A stretch of 63,862 nucleotides of DNA, the filler included, from Reticulomyxa filosa (lineage: Eukaryota > Protista > Foraminifera): assembly GCA_000512085.1 (NCBI GenBank). It is 25 parts of 25 records of this genome, joined end to end, with 100 filler letters (N's around TTAATTAATTAA, not from the genome) between each part and the next. Parts side by side here need not be neighbours in the genome. Positions count along the whole stretch, not along the records: positions 11,461 to 12,580 come from ASPP01035906.1; positions 12,681 to 14,467 come from ASPP01020807.1; positions 14,568 to 17,556 come from ASPP01037645.1; positions 17,657 to 19,146 come from ASPP01040981.1; positions 19,247 to 21,757 come from ASPP01001816.1; positions 21,858 to 25,990 come from ASPP01009491.1; 19 more parts are not named here. The stretch is one strand, 5' to 3'. Shown one piece after another: positions 12,235 to 22,926 of this stretch. The notes under the pieces are model-generated. The model saw nothing but the letters and a program-made list of their open reading frames with translations, ran no database searches and was not told the DNA's origin. The position numbers and the translations under genes are program-made. Numbering within the stretch: the first letter of the stretch is position 1; each line of letters opens with the position of its first letter.

Positions 12235-12450
12235 TTTAAGTAGAGAATGTTGTAGCATTGAAATTCCAAAAAAAACAAAAAGAAGGAAAAAACAGTACTA
12301 AAATTACAATGTCTTACAAAGTAATCAATAAATACACATTATGCATGTTTATACAATGTACTTAACTAACCAAAAAGACAATTAACTAAAGCAAAAATAA
12401 AAGTTTCAATAACAAAGAAATGTTGAAAATAAAAATGAACATAAACAGCA
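12235..12450 (-). repeat. Right arm of the 216-bp perfect inverted repeat
   Basis: Reverse complement of 11461-11676. Confidence 0.95.
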
Positions 12451-13309
12451 AACAATATTTCTTTCATAGAATTGTGGAGCGTCAACGTAGACTTGGTTGG
12501 CTCACAATTCCAAGAGAAGGAAATACAGCGCGGAATTCGCTCCAACTGGCTGTATTCTCACAAACTTCAAAATGTGCTGANNNNNNNNNNNNNNNNNNNN
12601 NNNNNNNNNNNNNNNNNNNNNNNNTTAATTAATTAANNNNNNNNNNNNNNNNNNNNNNNNNNNNNNNNNNNNNNNNNNNNTTCCGGGTTTTTAAAAACCC
12701 GGAATTCAAACCCTTTCGGTTCCAACTCAAGCATGATTTGCATTTCCAGGGGCAACAAGCGGTTAATTTTGAGAAAGCTGTCGTTCTTTTTTTTAGCAAA
12801 AAGAGAAAAAACATTATTATTTCACTTGTGGTATTTGTATTAGTTTTGTCCTCTGAGATGATTGTGACAAATTGGACAATGAAAACATTACTTATCTGTC
12901 CATTCTCTTTACTAAAGGAGAGAATAAAAATTGGATTTATGAAAGATAGGTCGTGTTTTACACACGGAGGAATTAATTCTTTCAAAGCTTCCAAATCATA
13001 ACGTTTCAACAGGACATCATTTACGATATTTACAATGTTGTCGACAACAACACAAATTACAACCGATAATAGACACATGTATTTGATTTTATTTATTTTT
13101 GATAACAATTGATTGTAAAAAAGCTGCAAAGATTTGTTCGTTTCAGATAAAGTTATAAGTGGTGGAGGTTTCTCCAATTTCTATTTTGTTTTCTTGGTTT
13201 TCTCTCTTTCGTTTCAGTGTTTTCACTGTGCGTGGCAAGACACAAGCAAAAAGATTAATGATTAATGTTTGACACGTATTAACATAATGAAAAGAAGGAG
13301 GAAAAATGT

Positions 13310-14390
13310 TTAACTGCGTTCCCAATATATGATAACAGACAATACAACACTGAGTGCCACCGCACCAACGACAATGACACCAATGGAAAGACCTTTTCAT
13401 ATATATGTATATGTATATGTACATATATGCATATATATACATAATGTCATATTAGATGTGATAAAAAAAAGAGAAACTTTGGCCTTCTTCAAATTTGGGC
13501 GTTGGACTCTGTGTCGGCCTCATGGTGGGCGTGAGCAGCGCTACTTGTCCAGAAATGGTGATTGAAGTCAATTGTTGAGCATAGCTGTTGCCTTTGTCTT
13601 GCGCGGCTAGTTGATGGATGTTTTGTGTCAAGTCTGATATGAAATTGTTGCTCGTTATGGTGTTGAAGGTGATATCTTCTTCCTTCTTACTTTTGGTTGA
13701 CACCGAGTATCGTAACAATTCGATCGTGTCGTCTTCTCCACTTAGCAATGCTATTTCATCACGTTTGTCATTGTCATATTCAATCGATTTTTATCTTGAA
13801 CACATCTTACATCTCCGTTGAAAACAAACAAACAAACAAACAAATAAAAAATATGAAAAAGGAAACTTCTTCTGCCAAAATCCAATTTAAACTTTTTGCC
13901 GATTCGGAAATGAGGAATACCACGAGTTGGCTGTCTTGTAGGCTGCTGTGGAAAGCCATGCGTTGGCAGCTTGGCTGGTATTCCATGTCATTTGTAATTA
14001 TTTTGTTTTTCATTCAATCCAATTTTCAGTCTTTCTTCTTTTTTTTTTTCTTTTCAAAAAAAAAAAAAAAAAAAAACAAACAGAACTTGGCCTTCGAGTG
14101 GGACTGGACGTGACAGGATGTGGAGTGGGGAAGACTGTCGGGTTGGTTGGCATTTGTGTGGGATAGGGCGTCGGAACATATGTTGGTATCGTTGGAACCT
14201 TTGTGGGCATGGTGGTGGGCAAAGTGGGGACTTTGGTGGGATGACGCGTCGGAGGGACCGTGGGAGATCGAGAAGGCTTTGGCGTCGTCGGCGCACTAGT
14301 TGGAAACGTGGTTGGTAATGTAGGCAATCGAGTGGGTTTGTACGTGGGCGAAGTACTGGGTAATCGAGTCGGATGTTTTGTTGGAGTAGC
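13310..14390 (-). CDS. PT-repeat (mucin-like) type I membrane protein, multi-exon, 5'-truncated
   Basis: PTxxPT repeats at 14090-14390, internal exons, and a terminal TM segment GLSIGVIVVGAVALSVVLSVIIYWERS*. Confidence 0.75.
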
Positions 14391-14420
14391 TATTCACATA
14401 TAAATATATAAATATATATA

Positions 14421-14459
<39 letters not shown>

Positions 14460-14899
14460 GTATATAANNNNNNNNNNNNNNNNNNNNNNNNNNNNNNNNN
14501 NNNNNNNNNNNTTAATTAATTAANNNNNNNNNNNNNNNNNNNNNNNNNNNNNNNNNNNNNNNNNNNNCGAAGGAGGACCCACGAAAGAAACGCAAATGTT
14601 TTTGAAGTCGGGATATTCAAGATATTGAAAAGCACTTAGCCAACAATGAACCATCGCATAAAGACCAAATCGAAAAGATCAATCCACAGAAAAGTTGCAT
14701 AATTTGAAAACAGTCACTTATCCAACTCTGCAAGACTTGGGTGAAAAATAATACATGAAGATACTCGGCAGTGAATGGAAGATGTAGGAAATACTTTTGG
14801 ATAATATCAAAAAAGCGATTAAGTACAAGAGCGAAAAAGCGAGGAAGAAGTAGAATTAAATGATAACGACTTTGATGACGAAGACAAGATAATGCAACA

Positions 14900-16940
14900 T
14901 CTGCAAATACAATTGACAAAAATCCAATTCAAGATTGGGGACTATGTGAAGTTTTATCTCAAGTGACAGTAGGAGTTGCAAAGTACATTGGAGAACCGAT
15001 TTGATGAAAGGAGATGTCATCGAATTGGAGTTGGACACATGGAATCCTTAGTGCAAAATGGCACAGTGTGAGGAAAGAAACATTTTCGCGTGAAATGGTC
15101 ACGACGTACATTGGAATCAATAGGCATTTCTCAATTAGTGTTCCCTTTGGTAAAGCCATTGGACCCGAAAACACCCAATGCGGCTTTCAAATTGAAACAA
15201 TTAAAAATCGACAATCGCATAGTATTGTCAATTGAAGAGCGACAGTTGTCAGCAAATACATTGGTTATCATCCTTTTGCCAAGGATGAAGTTGTTGGGAT
15301 TGAATTGGATCAGTGGTGCGCGAATACTCACGATGGCAGCATCATCTTTGACACATTACCTGGACGTCGGGTAGAGTGTGAAATGTGATATCGTTGTTGT
15401 TGCTGCTATCGTGAACGTTCGTGTACCAATCATCCAAATCAACACCAACAACTTCGTCTGGGCAAAACGATTGCAACATAAGAAAAAGAATCCGGAAAAG
15501 GCAAAGACTTAATTGAAATAGAAGAAAAAATCAATCCAACCAAGAATCGTTCCAGATTGTCAAATATATTTGCTCGGACCATATCATTGATCGAGATAGC
15601 ATTTGTATTAAATTAAGTATGTTTGTTTATCCACAAATAATTTTTTTAAACATATAATGATATCTTTGCTTCTTTGTAGACGTATATGCACCTGACAATC
15701 AATCAATGAATCTACTTTCAGGTTTGTTTTGTTATGCGATATTTGTAGTCAAAAGATATATCAATTCGTGATTTGGTTCGAAATATAGTATTCAAAAAGG
15801 ATAGGTACGTTCTCCAAACGAAGACCAATTTTCAAGATCCAATCAGTTCCGGAAATAGTTGCAACAGATGAAAGCGACGACAAAAGGTGGATCCAGTATT
15901 GAACGGCGAGTGCGAAAAAAAAAGTTAATCTGACTATTTTTTTTTTCAAACGGCGTATAATGTTGAACTTTGAAATTTGGAAAAAATAGACATACGTACA
16001 TTGGAAAAGGCACGAAAGGATAAGGCATTTGAGTTGAAAAGAATATCTAAAGATACCGTGGTCAAATGATAACACACATGTAGCTTTGTCATTATTTGTC
16101 AATTGTTATTTAGATAGAATGTAGATTAGGACAAATGAACAAAACAAAATTCAATAATTATGTTTTTTTTTAAAAAAAAAAAGACCTGGATGCTGTATAT
16201 TTGCACGGGACCATGTAATCAAGATGTAGACCGGGCGAAATTGCGCAGTGACCGGATATCCAACAAATCGAGGTGGGACGAACAAGGTGCTTCAGTGTGA
16301 ATCAAGGACAGGTAATAACTCACTCATGCTTCAGTATTGTAGCCAATTTGTTGCCCACGTTCGATCAAGACAACGACGCAACTCGAGCAGGCCTCAAGAC
16401 GAATATAATCGAAGAAAACAGAATCGAAGAAAACGGCGATTAGCTTTTTGAATTTGGTGATAGTATGGAATTGACCAATGGTATGTTGGCCATGATTCGT
16501 TCATTGGAACCTCACACTTCACAACAGACCGGCAAATTCTTGTGTAGTGCACTGTAGCTCGTACAACGGAATACGCTACTTTGAAGCGATTAATACTTGT
16601 GATATGATAAAAGCGTCGCTGCAATGGTGATCCAAGTCGCCGAAACGACGATGCCCAGAATGTGGATATGAGTATTTGAAGGTGCAAATTCTACTGGAGT
16701 GTACATGGCGTGTGACCCCTGCTATCAACATGGGTAGCAAATTCACCAAAGGAAATTACGAGCTTGGTATCAGCTACAAGTTAATGGCTCTGAAGAAAAA
16801 TCAAAACATATGGATGGACTATTCGTATTGTGTGCATGCGGATATGCACAACTTTGAATTTTGGTCCGTGTGTGCTGATGGAATGAATCACGAGCTATTG
16901 AATATTGGTAATTGGGTACGAGTCGCCAATTTGCATTAAT
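14900..16940 (+). pseudogene. Decayed multi-CAP-Gly domain gene
   Basis: GVAKYIGEP..GDVIELELDTWNP, KYIGYHPFAKDEVVGIELDQWCANTHDGSI and FGDSMELTNGMLAMIR, broken by many stops and frameshifts. Boundaries approximate. Confidence 0.7.
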
Positions 16941-19111
16941 TTGATATTTGATTGCGCCAAAGATTCCTATGTGATTCAAATGTCAAAACGCACGTCGACT
17001 CAAACCCAAACAAACAAAAAAAGAAGAACAGCAAATACTAAACTCAATACTGAAGAGAAAAATAAGAGTTTTACCATGGGTCATTGTATCTCCTAAGTCT
17101 TTTTTGGAAATGCTTGCGTCAATTTGACAATACCAATGTGCGTTTCTCATCACAAGTGCAATTATGACTGATGGACTTCGTAGTTGCTATTACTGTAGCA
17201 GCGACTGAATTGGAAGACAAAGAATAAGAAGATGCTGGTGATAACAATGAAGAAAACAAATATTATTCAGTGACCATGCCGCATTAGATTTATTTTAAAA
17301 CAAAGGAAGATTGTCATCGACTTTATCTTGTTATAGAATTGCTCTCCACGCACATACGATTGGCGACTTTGCGGATCCTCAAATAGTACCAACTTCACAT
17401 AGTGCGCCCCCCCAATGGAAGTTGCTTGACTGGTGTGGCAATGTTAAACGCAGTGCCAATGATAATAATGGTGATAATGATGACGACGTAGTCCATGTTC
17501 TTCTATTTATTAGTCAATTGTTCTGACACATTGGACTGTCGTTGTGTCGACAATATNNNNNNNNNNNNNNNNNNNNNNNNNNNNNNNNNNNNNNNNNNNN
17601 TTAATTAATTAANNNNNNNNNNNNNNNNNNNNNNNNNNNNNNNNNNNNNNNNNNNNACATAATTTGAACAATGAAAATTAAAATATTAAAATGCATGAAA
17701 AGTTAAATTATTGTATCGAGAACTTTGAATGAAAAAATAATATGATTGTTATCTGTGAACCAAGACTGAGATTGTGACAGTCTTTAAATGAAAGTATCAG
17801 AAACATGGATGTTGTACCTTTCTTTTTGAAATCGGTGATTAAGAATCTTGAAATGTTTATAGCTTTGCCATGTTAAGACTTACAAGCAAGTTCTTTTTTA
17901 GTGAAATTAAAAAAAAGAGAGTTCTATGGTATTTTATCCTTTTTGTTTGTTTGCTTATAAATGATTGGAGTTTTTAAGGGTGTTTTTCACTAGTTTTTTT
18001 GTCCTAAACTTTTTGTAAAGTTATGCAACTGTAATCCCTGTTCAATCAACATTTTACAAAAAAAAACTTTGAAAAAAAAAAGTAAATTCTTCTACATGTG
18101 TAAATCAACTTGTCAATTATTTATTCTTTATTTTATTTGAATTCATACACATGTGTTTTTGAAAACATCAAATCCAGGTTAAAATAGATTTCATTTTAAT
18201 CAAAACAATTATGCATAAGATATACAATCAAATGCGCTTCTTTTACAAAAAAAAATGATTACGTATGTCTATTAATTGGAGGACTCCAAAAAAGATCGTT
18301 TGTAATTTTTTTTATGAATCAAACAAAATCGGACTAAATTTTACCTCTTTCAACAAAGTTGTACTCCTGTATTCCAATAAATCCAAAAAACATTGCATAT
18401 TCGTCATTCTTTGAAGGAATATACAAAAACAATTTAAAAAGTTTAGAATAGTATTTTTTTTAAATTTAAAAAACAATGCATTTGGGAAATGTCAACGACT
18501 TGGCATACCAACAAAATTATTTGTGACGATAGATTCTTAAAAGGCAAAAACTAGAACAAGGATTTCAAATTATACAAATGTATACAGCTGAAATCAGTTC
18601 AAAACTGATGTTACAAGCAAAATCTCTTATTTTGCATTTTTTTTTAAACAAAGGAGTCAAAATAAAATTTAAAAGAAGTGAAAACAAATCCATTCTCCTT
18701 GTAATATATATATTCGCATGTTATTTGAAACCTACAGACAATTATCTAAAGAGTTGATAAGAAGGAACAAAAAAAGAGTTAACCAATTTTGACTCAAATC
18801 CAAATATTATAATTTAATCAAATTTCCAATTTTGGTTATATTGTCCTTGTCAAACTGTCAAATTTCATTGAAAAAAAAAATATTAGAGCTAAAATCGAAC
18901 GATTGTAATTTCGTTAAATTTTTCAATCCCTTTGAATATAAAGCTAGACGATTTTTGATAGGTTGTTCAATAACAATCGAAAAAGTTAATTGACGTAAAC
19001 GTTATCATTTTTTATATTGTTTGCAGTGTAAAAACAAAACAATTTTTATTTAACACAAATTTTTCCAACTAAATTAAACATAATCTCTTAAAGGAACCGC
19101 GCAACTTAAAG

Positions 19112-19146
19112 CTTAGGGCTTAGGGCTTAGGGCTTAGGGCTTAGGG
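19112..19146 (+). repeat. Telomere-like repeat (CTTAGGG)5 at the contig end
   Basis: Five perfect heptamers running to the contig end, with the G-rich strand oriented 5'->3' outward. Confidence 0.8.
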
Positions 19147-20247
19147 NNNNNNNNNNNNNNNNNNNNNNNNNNNNNNNNNNNNNNNNNNNNTTAATTAATT
19201 AANNNNNNNNNNNNNNNNNNNNNNNNNNNNNNNNNNNNNNNNNNNNAATAATTAAAATCACATTGTGGATCAATGATACAATCACTTAGTGCAATTCTAA
19301 GGAAAAGGACAACCAAAGAAAGTAATTTAAGAAATAAAATAAAACGGGTGGTATCGACGAATAATGTGGGATGCGATTGTGTTGCATTGATGAAAATGAT
19401 CAAATATGCTGCAACAATCAATACAAAATTAAAAATTTCATATTCAGTGCTGGAAAAATTCCTTTGGCGCATGTCTGTCTCTTTGAACTTTGAGATGAAT
19501 TTCCATCTTCTGCTGATTTACTTTCTTCACTAATTGTTCGCTTTTGCAATACAATTGCTGTTTTTTCACTGTTCACAAACGATTATATCAATCGTTTTGA
19601 TACATCATTTTCCATGCATAATCGAATCTCTTCTTCGTTGCCATTCAATAATATTTTTTCCGTTTCCACCAAGTACCTTTTTGATCAACAATACAACATT
19701 ATTTTTTCTTAAAAAAAAATATGTTAAAAAAATTCTCTTGTTTCACAAGCAACAAACTGTTGGAAGGTAACCATTATGGAAGACACTCCACTTGTTGGCT
19801 CTTCTGCGTAATTGTTGCAAAAGTTCACTTAACTGCATTTCAAATACAAAAAAAGTAAGTTTTATTGAATAAAATATTCGTGATCCAAGAGTAACTTTGA
19901 TTCTTGTCTAAAATTGAACGTTGAAAGCTTAATGCTTTGTACAAAAATACTTTAATAATACAAAACATTCCAAAGGATATTTAAAAAGATTCCAACAATC
20001 AAAATGGCAAAAAAATTACAAAAAACAAATCATTAATTTTTATTATAATTTTCAAAATAAAAAAAATATTAACAATTTTTTAAAGTTTTTTCATACTTTT
20101 ATTAAAAATCAAATACATTTTTGATTCTATAGATTTTATTTAAAAAAAAATTTTAATTTTAATAGGGGTCCTTTTTTTTTTTTTTGAAATCGATTGTTGT
20201 TAGTTTTTTTTTGACAAAGAAATTGATTTGATTTTTTTTATTATATT

Positions 20248-20895
20248 ATGTCAAGTATGAGCAATTGTAATCATTCAATTTCTAAGATCAAGTGTAATTG
20301 TGATTCAAACCACGTTGAATGTAAGATTTGTCATCGAGAAAAAATGCACAATATAATGGATAACTTAAATCAAAGTGATTACAGTAATTTCTGGAATAAC
20401 ATTCGCGATAAGTATATGTACGGTGGTCACATGAAATATGCCATTTATTTATTTTGCAATTCCACTCCGACTTATTGTATATGCAACAGAACATTGTGCA
20501 AACAATTCAGAGTTGCTTTTGGTCTATCAAAAGACATTCGATTTAACAAAGAAACCAACGTTGCAACTTTAAAAGATTTTAGATTTACAAAAAAAACAAG
20601 AATAACTAAGATTAAAGAAGCATTGGAAACATATATAGCTAATGGACAGATTAGAAAAAAATTTAAAAAAGTACAAGTACAAGCTCAAGTTCAAGCTCAA
20701 GCTCAAGCACAAGCTCAAGCACAAGCTCAAGTTCAAGTTCAAGCTCAAACTCAAGCACAAGTACAAGCTCAAGCTCAAGAACAAGCTCAAGCGCAAGCCC
20801 AAGGACAAGCACAAGCTCAAGCACAAGTACAAGCTCAAGCGCAAGAGCAAGAAGTTGACTTTAACGAAGACCAGTTGTGTGAACAAATTAGATAA
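20248..20895 (+). CDS. Hypothetical Cys/His-rich protein with a (QA)n repeat; the frame continues past TAA to 21048
   Basis: 215-aa intronless ORF. The in-frame continuation LKAENKLLKLQIK... runs for 50 codons. Confidence 0.6.
   Translation: MSSMSNCNHSISKIKCNCDSNHVECKICHREKMHNIMDNLNQSDYSNFWNNIRDKYMYGGHMKYAIYLFCNSTPTYCICNRTLCKQFRVAFGLSKDIRFNKETNVATLKDFRFTKKTRITKIKEALETYIANGQIRKKFKKVQVQAQVQAQAQAQAQAQAQVQVQAQTQAQVQAQAQEQAQAQAQGQAQAQAQVQAQAQEQEVDFNEDQLCEQIR
20671..20850 (+). repeat. Coding hexamer repeat, about 30 copies (Gln-Ala/Val)
   Basis: CAAGCT/CAAGCA/CAAGTT/CAAGTA units. Confidence 0.95.
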
Positions 20896-21240
20896 CTCAA
20901 AGCAGAAAATAAATTGCTAAAATTACAAATTAAATCAACTAATGATAACATAAAAGAAGCCTCACGTATACTAAACTGTAGTTTGAAAAGGAAATACAGT
21001 ACGTTTAATTCAAACCAAGAAAAAGTCAGTGGATATAACGCTGATTGATTTTAATTTTTTTTGTTTATGTTTTTGTCAATGTGTTGGCAATTTATTACTT
21101 CAAAAAAGTTTTTTTTAAAAAGGCATTGCATATTTTTTTTAATCTTGTAAGTTGTGAATTATAAAAACAAAGCACTTTTTTCCAGAAATTAAATTTGTTT
21201 CAGTATCAAATGCCAGTGCAATGTCGGCATGATCATTCAG

Positions 21241-21610
21241 CACAAATTTTCGCAATCTATCACGTACTTGGTCTATTATTTGCTTTCCGATCGTGTGATG
21301 ACTTCGTGCAAAAGTGCATGCATCTTCGTTTGCTGATAACAAAAAATGGCCGTTAAACAGTGACCCAAGTGGTCCAGATTCACCTCATCAATTACATTTG
21401 TCTCTAAATCCATCTTGCAAAAGTTATTTACGACATATGCATATACATTTTTCTTTTTTTTAAGTTAGTTTAGCCTTCAAAAATTTATTTAAAAAAAAAA
21501 ATCAACGCTTTAACTGCAACGTTTCTTGGAACAACAAACGCTCCAGAAACAGCGTTTTGCATATCTTTTGAATTTCTTCCAAAAGTCTTGTCAAACCATC
21601 CACCATATTT
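21241..21610 (-). pseudogene. Divergent alpha-tubulin (foraminiferal alpha2-like) pseudogene fragment
   Basis: VPRNVA|intron|MDLETNVIDEV, a frameshift, then SGPLGSLFNGHFLLSANEDACTFARSHHTIGKQIIDQVRDRLRKFV. Homology ends abruptly. Confidence 0.85.
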
Positions 21611-21857
21611 TTCGGTGATGATAGGTGTCAATATTGGTTGACTGCCAAATTTGTACGTTCGTTGCAGAATTTTGTACATTGCGCCAAATGAGACACCTGG
21701 GAATAAACTCAGCCATCTATTTGATTGATATTATGTGATACCGAAATATTAAAAGTGNNNNNNNNNNNNNNNNNNNNNNNNNNNNNNNNNNNNNNNNNNN
21801 NTTAATTAATTAANNNNNNNNNNNNNNNNNNNNNNNNNNNNNNNNNNNNNNNNNNNN

Positions 21858-22531
21858 TTGACTTGCAACAAACACTATTAATTTTTTTAAACATTAAATA
21901 AATGAACTGTACAAACAAGAATCCACTCCACTTCACCTCAAATCCCACTCTGTTTTGTTTTTATATACGTAAACCTGTACAGCAGAGTTCATATAACAAG
22001 TGTTTCCAAGATTTTTTAAACCAACAAGGCCCTGATGTTTGCTTATCCACTTAATGTCACAGAAATTGTTGGAATCGTTATTTTTCGAGTCTTCTTCGTC
22101 TTCTTCGTCATCTTCTTCGTCATCTTCCTCTTCTTCTTTCTCTTCCTCTTCTTTGTTGCTCTCTTTTCTGTTTTTTGCCATCGATGTCGATGACTGATCT
22201 TCGTCTGTTTGTGGTGGATTACATTTTTTAATTTTTTCAAGTGCTTCGACAATCTTCATTGCTGAGAGTTTTCCCAATTTGTACTCATCTTGAAGTTTTG
22301 ATACTGTGAAGTCTGCCAGCATTTGTCCTGTTAATTCTTTTCCTTTCATTTCTATAACCTGTCTCATTCCCTTTTTGCCAATTTCAATCAAACTTGCAGT
22401 CCAATCTAAGCAATAACAAAACCAAATTCATTCTTTAAACAAGGCAATACTTTGTTTCTGATTTAACTTGTGATGTCCGAGTTAGTCCATTTCTCCAAGG
22501 ATTTTGTTGCGTATTCGTCTTCTACTTGCAT
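21858..22531 (-). CDS. SAM-like domain plus ubiquitin-specific protease (USP), 3'-truncated
   Basis: ATG at 22531 and intron 22467-22406. SAM-like EKWTNSDITNW...ELTGQMLADFTVSKLQDEYKLGKLSAMKIVEAL, an acidic linker, then the USP Cys-box GLVGLKNLGNTCYMNSAVQ. Confidence 0.85.
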
Positions 22532-22926
22532 TCTTTCGAGAAAGACAAACGAGAAACGAAAAAGAGTAAGTTTAAGAAAAGGTATTCTTTGGTAGAACAA
22601 AATAGCTTCACTTTACAAATTTGAAAACCAAAATCAAAGAAGAAAACGATTTCGATATTGTAAAGAAAAAGGAATCAAAATAAGATATAAAACTTTTTTC
22701 AGAAAAAGATCGTCCACTCCGTCTTTTACTTTGAATAAACACAATAAATTGGAGATATGCATCTTTTTAAAAATTAAAAAAAATCATGGCAATAATAGTT
22801 AATCATTAGTATTAGCAACAATGGAAAGATTAAAAAAAAATATAAATCAATAAGAGGAGAACGGAAAACTCCTTTTTTGCTACCTATTCAGTCTTTTCTG
22901 AATTGAGAAAGAAATACCTGTCAAAC
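22532..22926. promoter_or_regulatory. Putative 395-bp bidirectional promoter
   Basis: AT-rich interval between two divergent ATGs. Function is inferred from position only. Confidence 0.5.

Noticed and set aside
14395-14467. (TA)n, (TATG)n and poly-T/A tracts at many contig ends as functional boundary signals
   Set aside because: They are intronic microsatellites that break short-read assemblies.
20569-20920. Overlapping LSLC-rich and KLKH-rich ORFs
   Set aside because: They are shadow frames of the QA hexamer repeat.
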